Positions 15,805 through 23,921 of a stretch of 30,812 nt of DNA are shown here, in pieces. Every line of letters begins with the position of its first letter. The first letter of the stretch is position 1. The notes under the pieces are model-generated. The model was not told the origin of the DNA. It saw only the letters and a program-made list of their open reading frames with translations, and ran no database searches. Source of the DNA: a virus (taxonomy: Duplodnaviria > Caudoviricetes); the IMG/VR virus record IMGVR_UViG_3300036796_000281, positions 1 to 30,812 of that record. One strand, 5' to 3'. Position numbers and translations under genes: made by a program.

Positions 15805-16511
15805 TGTTTGCGGGCGGGGAGCTGAACAAAAAGCAACTGGCCACACTGCGTGAAACGTTGGCTGGTCTGGATTTGCCACCGAAGAAGCGCCAGCGTCTGA
15901 TCTGGCGTCTGGCTAAATACGGGTTAATTGCTGCCGCAAAGCGCAATGTCCGAAACCAGCAAAGTCCGGATGGCCAGGCATGGGCTGCTCGTAGCACTGG
16001 GCGCAAAGGGAAGATGCTGCGCAACCTGCCAAAGCTGCTTCATATCCGCGAGATGCCAGAAATTCAGGCCGTGCGGGTGTATTTGCAGGGCGGAGGGTAC
16101 CGCAACGGTGAAAAACCGGTACCGGCTGGCACGGTGGGGTACTCACAGCAGAACGGTATGCGGGTGCGGGTGAGTCGCAGCGAGAAACCCGCGAGCGTTC
16201 AGACAGGGCGGATGGCCACATTAAAACAGGCCAAAAAGCTCCGCGCTCTGGGTTATCAGGTACGCAAGGGCAAGCGGATGAAAAAGCCCACGTACCGGCA
16301 GCTGATGGACACCTTGCCATACAGTCAGGCCGGGTTATTGATCAGAAAGCTAAGCGGGAAGGTGGTGAAAACAAGCTGGACAGTTGACCTTCCGGCGCGT
16401 GAGTTCCTCGGTATGAGTGACGACGATTTTAATAAAGCGTTAGCGCGACAGCTTCAGGCCATCGGCTTTGGCTGGGACGTCAACGCACAGGACATAAGGG
16501 GTGGGGCATGA
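15804..16511 (+). CDS. Virion morphogenesis protein (gpS-like)
   Basis: QQSPDGQAWAAR and LPAREFLG motifs; basic composition. Confidence 0.8.
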   Translation: MFAGGELNKKQLATLRETLAGLDLPPKKRQRLIWRLAKYGLIAAAKRNVRNQQSPDGQAWAARSTGRKGKMLRNLPKLLHIREMPEIQAVRVYLQGGGYRNGEKPVPAGTVGYSQQNGMRVRVSRSEKPASVQTGRMATLKQAKKLRALGYQVRKGKRMKKPTYRQLMDTLPYSQAGLLIRKLSGKVVKTSWTVDLPAREFLGMSDDDFNKALARQLQAIGFGWDVNAQDIRGGA

Positions 16512-17635
16512 CCTGGCCAAATGTGACAGTAAACCAGATTAACCAGCTGCTGGGCGAAACCAATGAAGTGGAACGCACGGTGTTGTTTATCGGGACGGGT
16601 ACCGTGAATGTGGGCAAAACGCTGGCCGTGAATGCCCAGAGTGATTTTGATGCACTGCTGGGTGAGGATGAAAGCCCGTTAAAAAGTGATGTGCTTGCAG
16701 CCCTGGCAAACGCTGGCCAGAACTGGTGGGGTTTTGTGCATGTGCTGGCGGCTGAAAGTTCGCCCGATGCGTGGGTGGATGTGGTGCTGGCTGCACAGCT
16801 TTCCTGTTCGGTAGAAGGGGTGGTGTTGTCAGATGATATCACCGCAAAGACCACCATTAATCAGGCCGTCACGCTTCGGGCAAATCTTATCGCCCGCTTT
16901 GGACGCTGGGTGTGGTTCATCCTTGCGGTTCAGGGAATGCAGGATGAAGAAGGCCAGGCGGGTTATCTGACACGTTTGTCCACGCTTCAGGATGGCATTG
17001 CTGAAAAGGCGGTGCAGTTGGTACCGCGCTTGTGGGGTAACGAAGCGGGAGTACTGGCCGGACGCTTGTGCAGTCGTGCCGTCACCATTGCAGACAGCCC
17101 GGCGCGGGTGAAAACCGGGGCGCTTATCAGTATGGGTAGCGACGAAACACCACAGGATGGGATGAACGTGCCGCTCACGCTGGCAACGCTTCAGGCTCTG
17201 GAAGCGCAGCGCTTTAGCGTCCCGATGTGGTACCCGGATTATGACGGTTTGTACTGGTCAGATGGGCGCACACTGGATTTGGAAGGGGGGGACTATCAGA
17301 GCATTGAAACGCTGCGTATTGCAGATAAAGCCGCCCGCCGCGTCCGTCTGCTGGCTATTGCGCACATTGCAGACCGTTCGCTGAACAGTTTGCCTTCCAG
17401 TATTGCCGCGCATGAGCAGCTGTTTGCAAAACCGCTGCGTGAAATGTCAGTGAGTTCGGCCATTAACGGTGTGACGTTCCCTGGAGAGGTGAAGTCTCCG
17501 CAGGATGGGGATGTGTCGATTGTCTGGAAAAGCAAAAAGGCGGTGGAGATTTACATTGTGGTTCGCACCTATGAAGTGCCGTTGCAAATCACTATCAGCC
17601 TGTTACTGGATGCCAGCCTGGAGGCGAGCGCATGA
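16508..17635 (+). CDS. Tail sheath protein (DUF2586, HP1 type)
   Basis: MTWPNVTVNQIN, GVLAGRL, ADSPARVKTG, VPMWYPDYDG. Confidence 0.85.
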   Translation: MTWPNVTVNQINQLLGETNEVERTVLFIGTGTVNVGKTLAVNAQSDFDALLGEDESPLKSDVLAALANAGQNWWGFVHVLAAESSPDAWVDVVLAAQLSCSVEGVVLSDDITAKTTINQAVTLRANLIARFGRWVWFILAVQGMQDEEGQAGYLTRLSTLQDGIAEKAVQLVPRLWGNEAGVLAGRLCSRAVTIADSPARVKTGALISMGSDETPQDGMNVPLTLATLQALEAQRFSVPMWYPDYDGLYWSDGRTLDLEGGDYQSIETLRIADKAARRVRLLAIAHIADRSLNSLPSSIAAHEQLFAKPLREMSVSSAINGVTFPGEVKSPQDGDVSIVWKSKKAVEIYIVVRTYEVPLQITISLLLDASLEASA

Positions 17636-18087
17636 CAAAACGAATTTCGGGTATGTCGTTTGATACCCATATGGGTGGTCAGCTGATCCACGTTGAGAAA
17701 ATCAGTCTGGATATCACGGATAACAGCGCCGCTGCGCAGACACGCGGCGTGCCGGATGGCCATGTTGATGGCGACGTGGCCGCTGAAGGGGAGATTGAGC
17801 TGAGCACGAAAGCGTTGGCCATTGTCACTGGTCTGGCCCGTCGTGCCGGTTCATGGCGCGGTGTTGAGCCACAGGATTTTCTTTTCTATGCCAAAGCGGG
17901 CAATGAAGAAATGAAGGTGGAGGCGTTCGGCTGCAAACTGCAACTCAATAACATTCTGGATGTTGATCCGAAGGGCGGCAGCATTACCACGCACAAAATC
18001 AAATACTTCGTGACCAGTCCGGAGTTCGTAAAAATCAACGGCATTCCGTATCTGGAAGCGGAAGCTACGGCAAACCTGATCGGGTAA
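17632..18087 (+). CDS. Tail tube protein (DUF2597, HP1 type)
   Basis: RISGMSFD, TRGVPDG, VTSPEFVKINGIPYL; follows the sheath gene. Confidence 0.85.
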   Translation: MTKRISGMSFDTHMGGQLIHVEKISLDITDNSAAAQTRGVPDGHVDGDVAAEGEIELSTKALAIVTGLARRAGSWRGVEPQDFLFYAKAGNEEMKVEAFGCKLQLNNILDVDPKGGSITTHKIKYFVTSPEFVKINGIPYLEAEATANLIG

Positions 18088-18096
18088 GGGCGTCAG

Positions 18097-18390
18097 ATGC
18101 AGGAGCACGAAAAAAGTCTTTATACCCTGATTGTGATCGGTGCGGTGATTGCCATCGGGAAGGTACTGGCCAGTAATGAACCTATCACGCTGCGTCTGTT
18201 TGTCGGGCGAATGATTCTGGGATCGGCGGTATCGCTGGCGGCGGGTGGATTACTGATTCAGTTCCCCGATATTTCTCCGGTTGCCATTAATGGTGTAGGA
18301 GCTGCGTTGGGCATTGCCGGTTATCAGGCGGTTGAAATGTGGTTGCGTCGTCGTGCAGCCGGGAAAAGTAACGGGAGCGAAACACAATGA
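18097..18390 (+). CDS. Holin
   Basis: 97 aa, three hydrophobic segments, basic C-terminus, precedes the endolysin. Confidence 0.85.
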   Translation: MQEHEKSLYTLIVIGAVIAIGKVLASNEPITLRLFVGRMILGSAVSLAAGGLLIQFPDISPVAINGVGAALGIAGYQAVEMWLRRRAAGKSNGSETQ

Positions 18391-18728
18391 CACTGAGTGA
18401 AAAGCAGCAGCTGTTTGCTGTGAAAATTGCACAGCTGATTTTATGGGCTGAAGAACGTGGTTTGCGTCTGACATTTGGTGAGGCTTACCGCACACCGGAA
18501 CAGGCATCGCTGAATGCGAAGAAGGGCAGCGGCATTTCAAACAGTCTGCACACCCAGCGTCTGGCAGTGGATTTTAATCTGTTTGTTAATGGGCAGTACA
18601 AGACCCGCACAGAAGATTATCTGCCGCTGGGTGAATACTGGGAATCTCTTGGGGGAAGCTGGGGCGGGCGTTTTAAAACCAACCCGGACGGCAATCACTT
18701 CAGCCTGGAACATAACGGGGTACGCTGA
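18387..18728 (+). CDS. Endolysin, M15-family Zn peptidase
   Basis: EAYRT..Q, SLHTQRLAVD (SxHxxxxAxD), WGGRF, DGNHFS. Confidence 0.88.
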   Translation: MTLSEKQQLFAVKIAQLILWAEERGLRLTFGEAYRTPEQASLNAKKGSGISNSLHTQRLAVDFNLFVNGQYKTRTEDYLPLGEYWESLGGSWGGRFKTNPDGNHFSLEHNGVR

Positions 18729-19105
18729 TGAGTCGCGCCACAGTATTGGCCGTAGCCGCGCTTGTGGTGGTGTTTCTGGCGGGCTGGAAAGTCGCCATCT
18801 GGCAGCGTGACAGTGTTGAGCTGGTTATTGAAAAAAGTGTCACCGCTACCGGCAAAAAACTGGAGGATGCCGCCAGCCAGTCAGCAAGGGAACTGGAAGG
18901 AAAGCTGGATGAAATTCGTAATGCTCCACCACGGGAAATCCGTACCGAGCTGGTTAAACCGGTTTTTACTAATGTGTGTCTGTCTGGTGAGTTTGTCAGC
19001 ATGTACAACGACACCGCCGCCAAAATCGAACGTGCGTTATCAGGAAAACCTGAAAACAAAATGCCCCGTACAACTACCCCGCCTGAAGGGCAATCAGGGA
19101 AATAG
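18728..19105 (+). CDS. i-spanin (Rz-like)
   Basis: N-terminal TM helix followed by a helical periplasmic region; follows the endolysin. Confidence 0.7.
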   Translation: MSRATVLAVAALVVVFLAGWKVAIWQRDSVELVIEKSVTATGKKLEDAASQSARELEGKLDEIRNAPPREIRTELVKPVFTNVCLSGEFVSMYNDTAAKIERALSGKPENKMPRTTTPPEGQSGK

Positions 19106-19220
19106 TGCAGCTGATTTGTTAATTGTTTATTTAGATATTTATGGCCAGTGTGCCGCACGGCATAACCAGCTGGTTGATGAAATTAATTTAAGAGAGAGTT
19201 TATTAAATGGAAAATATTAA
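18909..19220 (+). CDS. o-spanin lipoprotein (Rz1-like), overlapping the i-spanin; start uncertain (18909, 18921 or 18972)
   Basis: Hydrophobic stretch plus lipobox LSAC, Pro-rich linker, CP..LP and YGQCAARHNQLV. Confidence 0.72.
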   Translation: MKFVMLHHGKSVPSWLNRFLLMCVCLVSLSACTTTPPPKSNVRYQENLKTKCPVQLPRLKGNQGNSAADLLIVYLDIYGQCAARHNQLVDEINLRESLLNGKY

Positions 19221-19464
19221 ATTATCTGTTGCTGGTACTGATATTTGTTTTGAGCCTAATCAGTCCGCGTACAATAAATTTATTAACGAAATGGCCATGG
19301 ATAACAAAGTTGCCCCTGCGCACAATTATCTGATGCGGATTGTTACGGCAGAAACCAAAGAAGGACTGACAGAAGTATTAACCCGTCCGGGTGCTGCTAT
19401 TCAGTTAGCCGGTAAGGTAAATGAAATTTATGCACCTGAACTGGAAATTGAAGTAAAAAACTAA
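19207..19464 (+). CDS. Tail assembly chaperone
   Basis: YNKFINEMAMDNKVAPAHNYL; upstream of the tape measure; ends at a slippery site. Confidence 0.8.
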   Translation: MENIKLSVAGTDICFEPNQSAYNKFINEMAMDNKVAPAHNYLMRIVTAETKEGLTEVLTRPGAAIQLAGKVNEIYAPELEIEVKN

Positions 19465-19655
19465 CGGCGCGGGTTCGCGCAATTGATAACAACGCCCTTG
19501 AACAATATTTAATTCTACGTCGTCATTATTTACCCCGAGGGGAAGATAACAAGGATGATATTGCCGCTGCCGTCTGGCTGGATAATCGTTTCTGGGAATA
19601 TATGCGTGTCGCCATTGCCAACGGTATTGGCACAGCATTTAAAGGCGCTGAATGA
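19461..19655 (+). CDS. -1 frameshift extension of the tail chaperone (not in the ORF track)
   Basis: A AAA AAC heptamer at 19455-19461. The -1 frame reads 64 codons (LTARVRAIDNNALEQYLILRRHYLP...AIANGIGTAFKGAE) to a TGA overlapping the tape-measure ATG. Confidence 0.78.
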   Translation, partial: LTARVRAIDNNALEQYLILRRHYLPRGEDNKDDIAAAVWLDNRFWEYMRVAIANGIGTAFKGAE

Positions 19656-21820
19656 AACAGCTTGAATTTACATTAAGCCTTATCGACAAACTGACCCGCC
19701 CGCTAAAACAAGCACAAGGCAGTGTGACAGGTTTTGCTGATGCCTCAAAAGAAGCCTTTACCCGGATAGGTGGTGGCGCGCTGGCATTGTGGGGCGTTGG
19801 CCAGACGGTGAAAGGAGCGCTGTCTCCGGCGATTGAAATGTATGACGCGCTGAGTGAGGCGTCAGCGCGGGGCATAGATAACACAGCATTAGAATCTGTA
19901 CAGCGTGACGCGCTGCGATTCAGTACCACTTATGGTGCCAGTGCCGTGGAGTTCGTTAATTCAACCAAAGACATCAACGCCTCTATTACGGGACTGAGTC
20001 GTGATGAGTTGCCAAAGGTCACAACAGTCGCCAACACACTGGCGTTTGCGATGAAATCCACCGCAGCAGAAGCCAGTGAGTTTATGGGGCAAATGTTTGG
20101 CAACTTCAGGCGTGAAGCCGATGCACTGGGCAAAGTCCCTTTTGCTGAGCAACTCGCCGGGAAAATGGCTTATATGCGCCAGACGTTTGGCACGGAAATG
20201 GCCACTATCAAAGACCTGATGGAAGGTGCGCGTGGTGTGGGTTCTAACTACGATATTGGGCTGGATGAGCAGTTGGCCGTGTTGGGGCAGCTACAACGCA
20301 CACTGGGAACAGAAGCCAGCAGCGCCTACGAAGGCTTTATGACCGGCGCGATTGATGGCGCTAAAAAGCTGGGGCTGTCTTTTACCGACTCCACCGGGAA
20401 AATGCTGTCCATGCCTGAAATGCTGATCAAGCTTCAGGGCAAATATGGCAAAAGCCTGGAAGGGAACCTGAAGGCACAGGCGGAGCTGGATGAAGCCTTT
20501 GGTGACAGTTCTGCGGTGGTCAAACAGCTGTATGGCAACGTGGGATTGCTTCAGCGCAATATCACCGAACTGGGCGGCTCGGATGGGCTGAAGCGTACAC
20601 AGGAAATGGCTGCAAAAATGGTCAAGCCCTGGGATCGCTTTGTGGAAATCCTGAAAGCCATTCAGACCGTTATTGGTCTGACGCTGATCCCGGTTTTGTA
20701 TCCACTGCTAAACCGTCTGGCGGATATGGGGCAGACCTTTGCCCGCTGGATGCAGATGTTTCCCAACATTGCCCGCGTGGTGGGCTATGCCACGTTGGCG
20801 CTGCTGGGATTTGCCGCAGTAGGGGCGACAGCCAATATCGTAATGGGTATTTCTTCTTTCATCATGATGGGGCTGACGGGCATCTGGAAAGCCCTGGTAA
20901 CCGTTGTTAAGTCTTACACACTGGTTATCTGGCTGGCACAAAAAGCAATGATTGCCTGGAATGTTGTGCTGAAAACGCTGCACGGTGTCCTACTTGCCGT
21001 GCGCATGGCAGCCATGCTTGCGGGTATCAGTATCAATCTGCTGAGCTGGCCGGTACTGCTGATTATCGGAGCGATTGCGGCGCTGGTCGTCGGTTGCTAT
21101 TTACTGGTGAAACACTGGGATGCTGTCAAAGCGGCGGTAATGGATACCGCAGTTTTTAAAGGTGCTGCCGGTGTGGTGCAGTGGCTTGCCGGAGTGTTTG
21201 CTTCTGCCTGGCAATTTATCACTGATGGCTGGAACAGTTTTATTAAGGTGCTGACAGGCTTTTCCCCTTCTGGCGCGCTGGCTGGAATGGCCACGGGGAT
21301 CGTCACCCTGTTTGATAACGTCTGGGAGACTATTAAAAGTGGCTTTCTTAAATCATGGAACTGGATTGTAGATAAGCTGAATAACATTCCAGGGGTGGAT
21401 ATTTCGCTGGCAGGAAATAACACCGTGGAGCAGGTGGCCAGCAGACCGTTGCCCGAAGGTATCCCGGCTTTACCTGTTAATGGTGTTGTAGATAAATTGG
21501 GCGTGCAAAATACGCCTATCCCGGAAATTAATCTGGGTGGGGTTCCACCTCCTGTAATAAATAACAAAATATCAGGTGCGCCAGTGCCTGTTATTAACAA
21601 CACGGTCTTACCTTCGCCCACTCCGCCAGTCGTTATGCAAAATACATTATCGACGGGTGACAAAATTAAAAATATTGATAAGGGTGGCATAAGTAAAACC
21701 ATAAACAGCAACAGCCGTTCAGTGACTGATAACAGCAAGAAAATCGACACGGTAAATATTTACCCGAAAGAAACATTAACGCCAGGGCAATTAATGGAAT
21801 GGCAGGAGCTGAATGGATGA
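19652..21820 (+). CDS. Tail tape measure protein
   Basis: LSLIDKLTRPL start; Ala/Gly-rich helical body; hydrophobic centre with W/F periodic repeats. Confidence 0.92.
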   Translation: MKQLEFTLSLIDKLTRPLKQAQGSVTGFADASKEAFTRIGGGALALWGVGQTVKGALSPAIEMYDALSEASARGIDNTALESVQRDALRFSTTYGASAVEFVNSTKDINASITGLSRDELPKVTTVANTLAFAMKSTAAEASEFMGQMFGNFRREADALGKVPFAEQLAGKMAYMRQTFGTEMATIKDLMEGARGVGSNYDIGLDEQLAVLGQLQRTLGTEASSAYEGFMTGAIDGAKKLGLSFTDSTGKMLSMPEMLIKLQGKYGKSLEGNLKAQAELDEAFGDSSAVVKQLYGNVGLLQRNITELGGSDGLKRTQEMAAKMVKPWDRFVEILKAIQTVIGLTLIPVLYPLLNRLADMGQTFARWMQMFPNIARVVGYATLALLGFAAVGATANIVMGISSFIMMGLTGIWKALVTVVKSYTLVIWLAQKAMIAWNVVLKTLHGVLLAVRMAAMLAGISINLLSWPVLLIIGAIAALVVGCYLLVKHWDAVKAAVMDTAVFKGAAGVVQWLAGVFASAWQFITDGWNSFIKVLTGFSPSGALAGMATGIVTLFDNVWETIKSGFLKSWNWIVDKLNNIPGVDISLAGNNTVEQVASRPLPEGIPALPVNGVVDKLGVQNTPIPEINLGGVPPPVINNKISGAPVPVINNTVLPSPTPPVVMQNTLSTGDKIKNIDKGGISKTINSNSRSVTDNSKKIDTVNIYPKETLTPGQLMEWQELNG

Positions 21821-22146
21821 GTGAAGTTTTTTATATAGACCTGCTGATTCAGAATGATGATTTTTTACTGAACACCGGGCAGGAGCCAGAACTGTGCAAT
21901 AACCGACAAAGTATTGGGCAGGATATCGTTCACGCGATATTAGAAAGCGGGCTTGCTACAGAATTAATTGCCGAACGCAGCCCGACTTTACGCGCAGATA
22001 TTTTCACCCGCCTGGAATTACTGGTGGAAGGGGATGAACGTATTGTGCCGGGTACCGTGACGGTTTCAGAAGAAAGTCGATCACGCCTTTGGATAACAGC
22101 CGATACAGAAGAATTTGGCGTCATTACGGCGGGAGTGCAGCTATGA
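21817..22146 (+). CDS. Baseplate protein (DUF2590, gpW-like position)
   Basis: YIDLLI, SIGQDIVHAILESGL, ERIVPGT; ATGA overlap with the tape measure. Confidence 0.78.
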   Translation: MSEVFYIDLLIQNDDFLLNTGQEPELCNNRQSIGQDIVHAILESGLATELIAERSPTLRADIFTRLELLVEGDERIVPGTVTVSEESRSRLWITADTEEFGVITAGVQL

Positions 22147-23327
22147 CGGAAAAGCCGCTGATTGATTTTGAAGAAGTGGTGAAAGAAAGCGGGATGCCCA
22201 CGACGGAAGAAGAAGTGCGCACCCGATTTAACGCCATCGTCAAAGCAGAAGGGCTGATCACCAATACATCCAGGATGTCACCGTTCTGGCGGCTTATTAC
22301 GGCCATTGTTACCGCTCCGGTGATGTGGCTGAAAGATGCCCTTGTTTCCACTGTGCTGGCCAATATGTTTGTTGCCACAGCCAGTGGCCAGATGCTGAGA
22401 CTGCTGGCGTGGGCGGTGAATCTGACGGCTAAACCCGCAAGTGCCGCCGAAGGGGTAATACGTTTTTTTAAAGAAGATACCAGGGCTGTGGTCACGGTGA
22501 ACGCCGGGACACTGATCCAGACAGAGCGGATTAACGGCATAGTCTACGAACTGGTCACCGTGTCAGATATCACAATTCCGGCAGGAAAAGCGGATGCCCT
22601 GCTGCCCGTTAAAGCTACCGGTACCGGTGGAGCATACAACCTTGCGCCGGGGTATTACCGTATTTTGCCGGTTGCGGTGACGGGGATTAGCCATGTGGCC
22701 AGCGAAGAAGACTGGCTGACCGTGCCGGGAGCCGATGAAGAAAGTGACGACGAATTACGCGAGCGCTGCCGTAATCAGTTCAATCTGGTGGGTAACTACC
22801 ACACTGATGCGGTTTACCGCTCCATGATTGCCGGCGTTGTCGGGCTGAGCGTCGAGCGTATTTTCTTTTTGCATGACGCACCGCGTGGACCAGGTACGGC
22901 CAATGCTTATTTGCTGCTGGATAGTGGGGTGACGTCAGAACCGTTTATTGAAGCCGTAAATAACTACATCAACACGCAAGGTCACCATGGCCACGGGGAT
23001 GATATGCAATGCTTTTCAATGCCAGAAACCCGCCACACTCTTGCCGTGGACGTGTTTGTGATGAATCCGGACAACATGACGGACGAAGAACAGGCAACGT
23101 TGGTGGCTGGCGTGGAAAATCTGATCCGCTGTGCCTTCAGGGAAAACAGCAATTTCAACGTGAAAAAGACGTGGCCGTACTCGCGCTTTTCCGTTTCGAA
23201 TCTGGGGCGTGAGGTGCACCGCCATTTTGCGATTATCGATTCCCTGAAATTTTCACTGGGCGATATCGTCAGTGAGCTGAATGTACCCCGCCTGGATGCG
23301 CTGACAGTGAGCCTGAAACATGAATGA
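22143..23327 (+). CDS. Baseplate J-like protein
   Basis: GADEESDDELRER, PRGPGTAN. Confidence 0.9.
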   Translation: MTEKPLIDFEEVVKESGMPTTEEEVRTRFNAIVKAEGLITNTSRMSPFWRLITAIVTAPVMWLKDALVSTVLANMFVATASGQMLRLLAWAVNLTAKPASAAEGVIRFFKEDTRAVVTVNAGTLIQTERINGIVYELVTVSDITIPAGKADALLPVKATGTGGAYNLAPGYYRILPVAVTGISHVASEEDWLTVPGADEESDDELRERCRNQFNLVGNYHTDAVYRSMIAGVVGLSVERIFFLHDAPRGPGTANAYLLLDSGVTSEPFIEAVNNYINTQGHHGHGDDMQCFSMPETRHTLAVDVFVMNPDNMTDEEQATLVAGVENLIRCAFRENSNFNVKKTWPYSRFSVSNLGREVHRHFAIIDSLKFSLGDIVSELNVPRLDALTVSLKHE

Positions 23328-23919
23328 TTTTATGAAAAAAATGGCATCGCTGGCACTGCCTTTCTGGATGAACAAAGGCGAGCCGGGGAAATTACTGAAG
23401 GCCGCGCAGGTGTTCTGGCTTCAGGCTTACGGGTGGATCACGTGGCCGCTAAAGCAGTTTGATCCGCTGACCTGTTCAGAATCGTTGCTCAACCTGATTG
23501 CTTATGATCGCGATATCACCCGCTTTAATGGCGAGCCGTTAACGTTGTTCAGAAAGCGTGTGGCCTATGCGTTTATTAACGCCAGTGATGCCGGGAGTGT
23601 TGCCGGTTTTATCAGTATTTTCCAGCGGCTGGGGATTGGTTATGTGGAGCTGCTGGAACGTCAGGAGGGTATCGACTGGGATGTGATAACCGTCAGGGTA
23701 ACGGATAGTCAGCTGTCAGACAGCCCGGAACTGATGCTGGAGATTATCCGCCAGTACGGACGTACCTGCCGCCGATATCGCTTTGAAGTCATCACAACCA
23801 GCGACTTGTTTATCCGTGCAGGTTGGTTTGACGGGGAATACATCTGCTATCCGGCAAGCCTTCAGGCTACCGGCACTTATAACGACAGCGCCACTTATGG
23901 CGCGAAACTGGAGAATTAA
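23320..23919 (+). CDS. Tail protein I-like
   Basis: FDPLTC..LL.LIAYDRDI, DAGSVAG; lies between J and the fibre. Confidence 0.82.
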   Translation: MNDFMKKMASLALPFWMNKGEPGKLLKAAQVFWLQAYGWITWPLKQFDPLTCSESLLNLIAYDRDITRFNGEPLTLFRKRVAYAFINASDAGSVAGFISIFQRLGIGYVELLERQEGIDWDVITVRVTDSQLSDSPELMLEIIRQYGRTCRRYRFEVITTSDLFIRAGWFDGEYICYPASLQATGTYNDSATYGAKLEN

Positions 23920-23921
23920 CC

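Noticed and set aside
21097-21750. 217-aa minus-strand ORF
   Set aside because: Antisense to the tape measure; explained by codon bias and low complexity.
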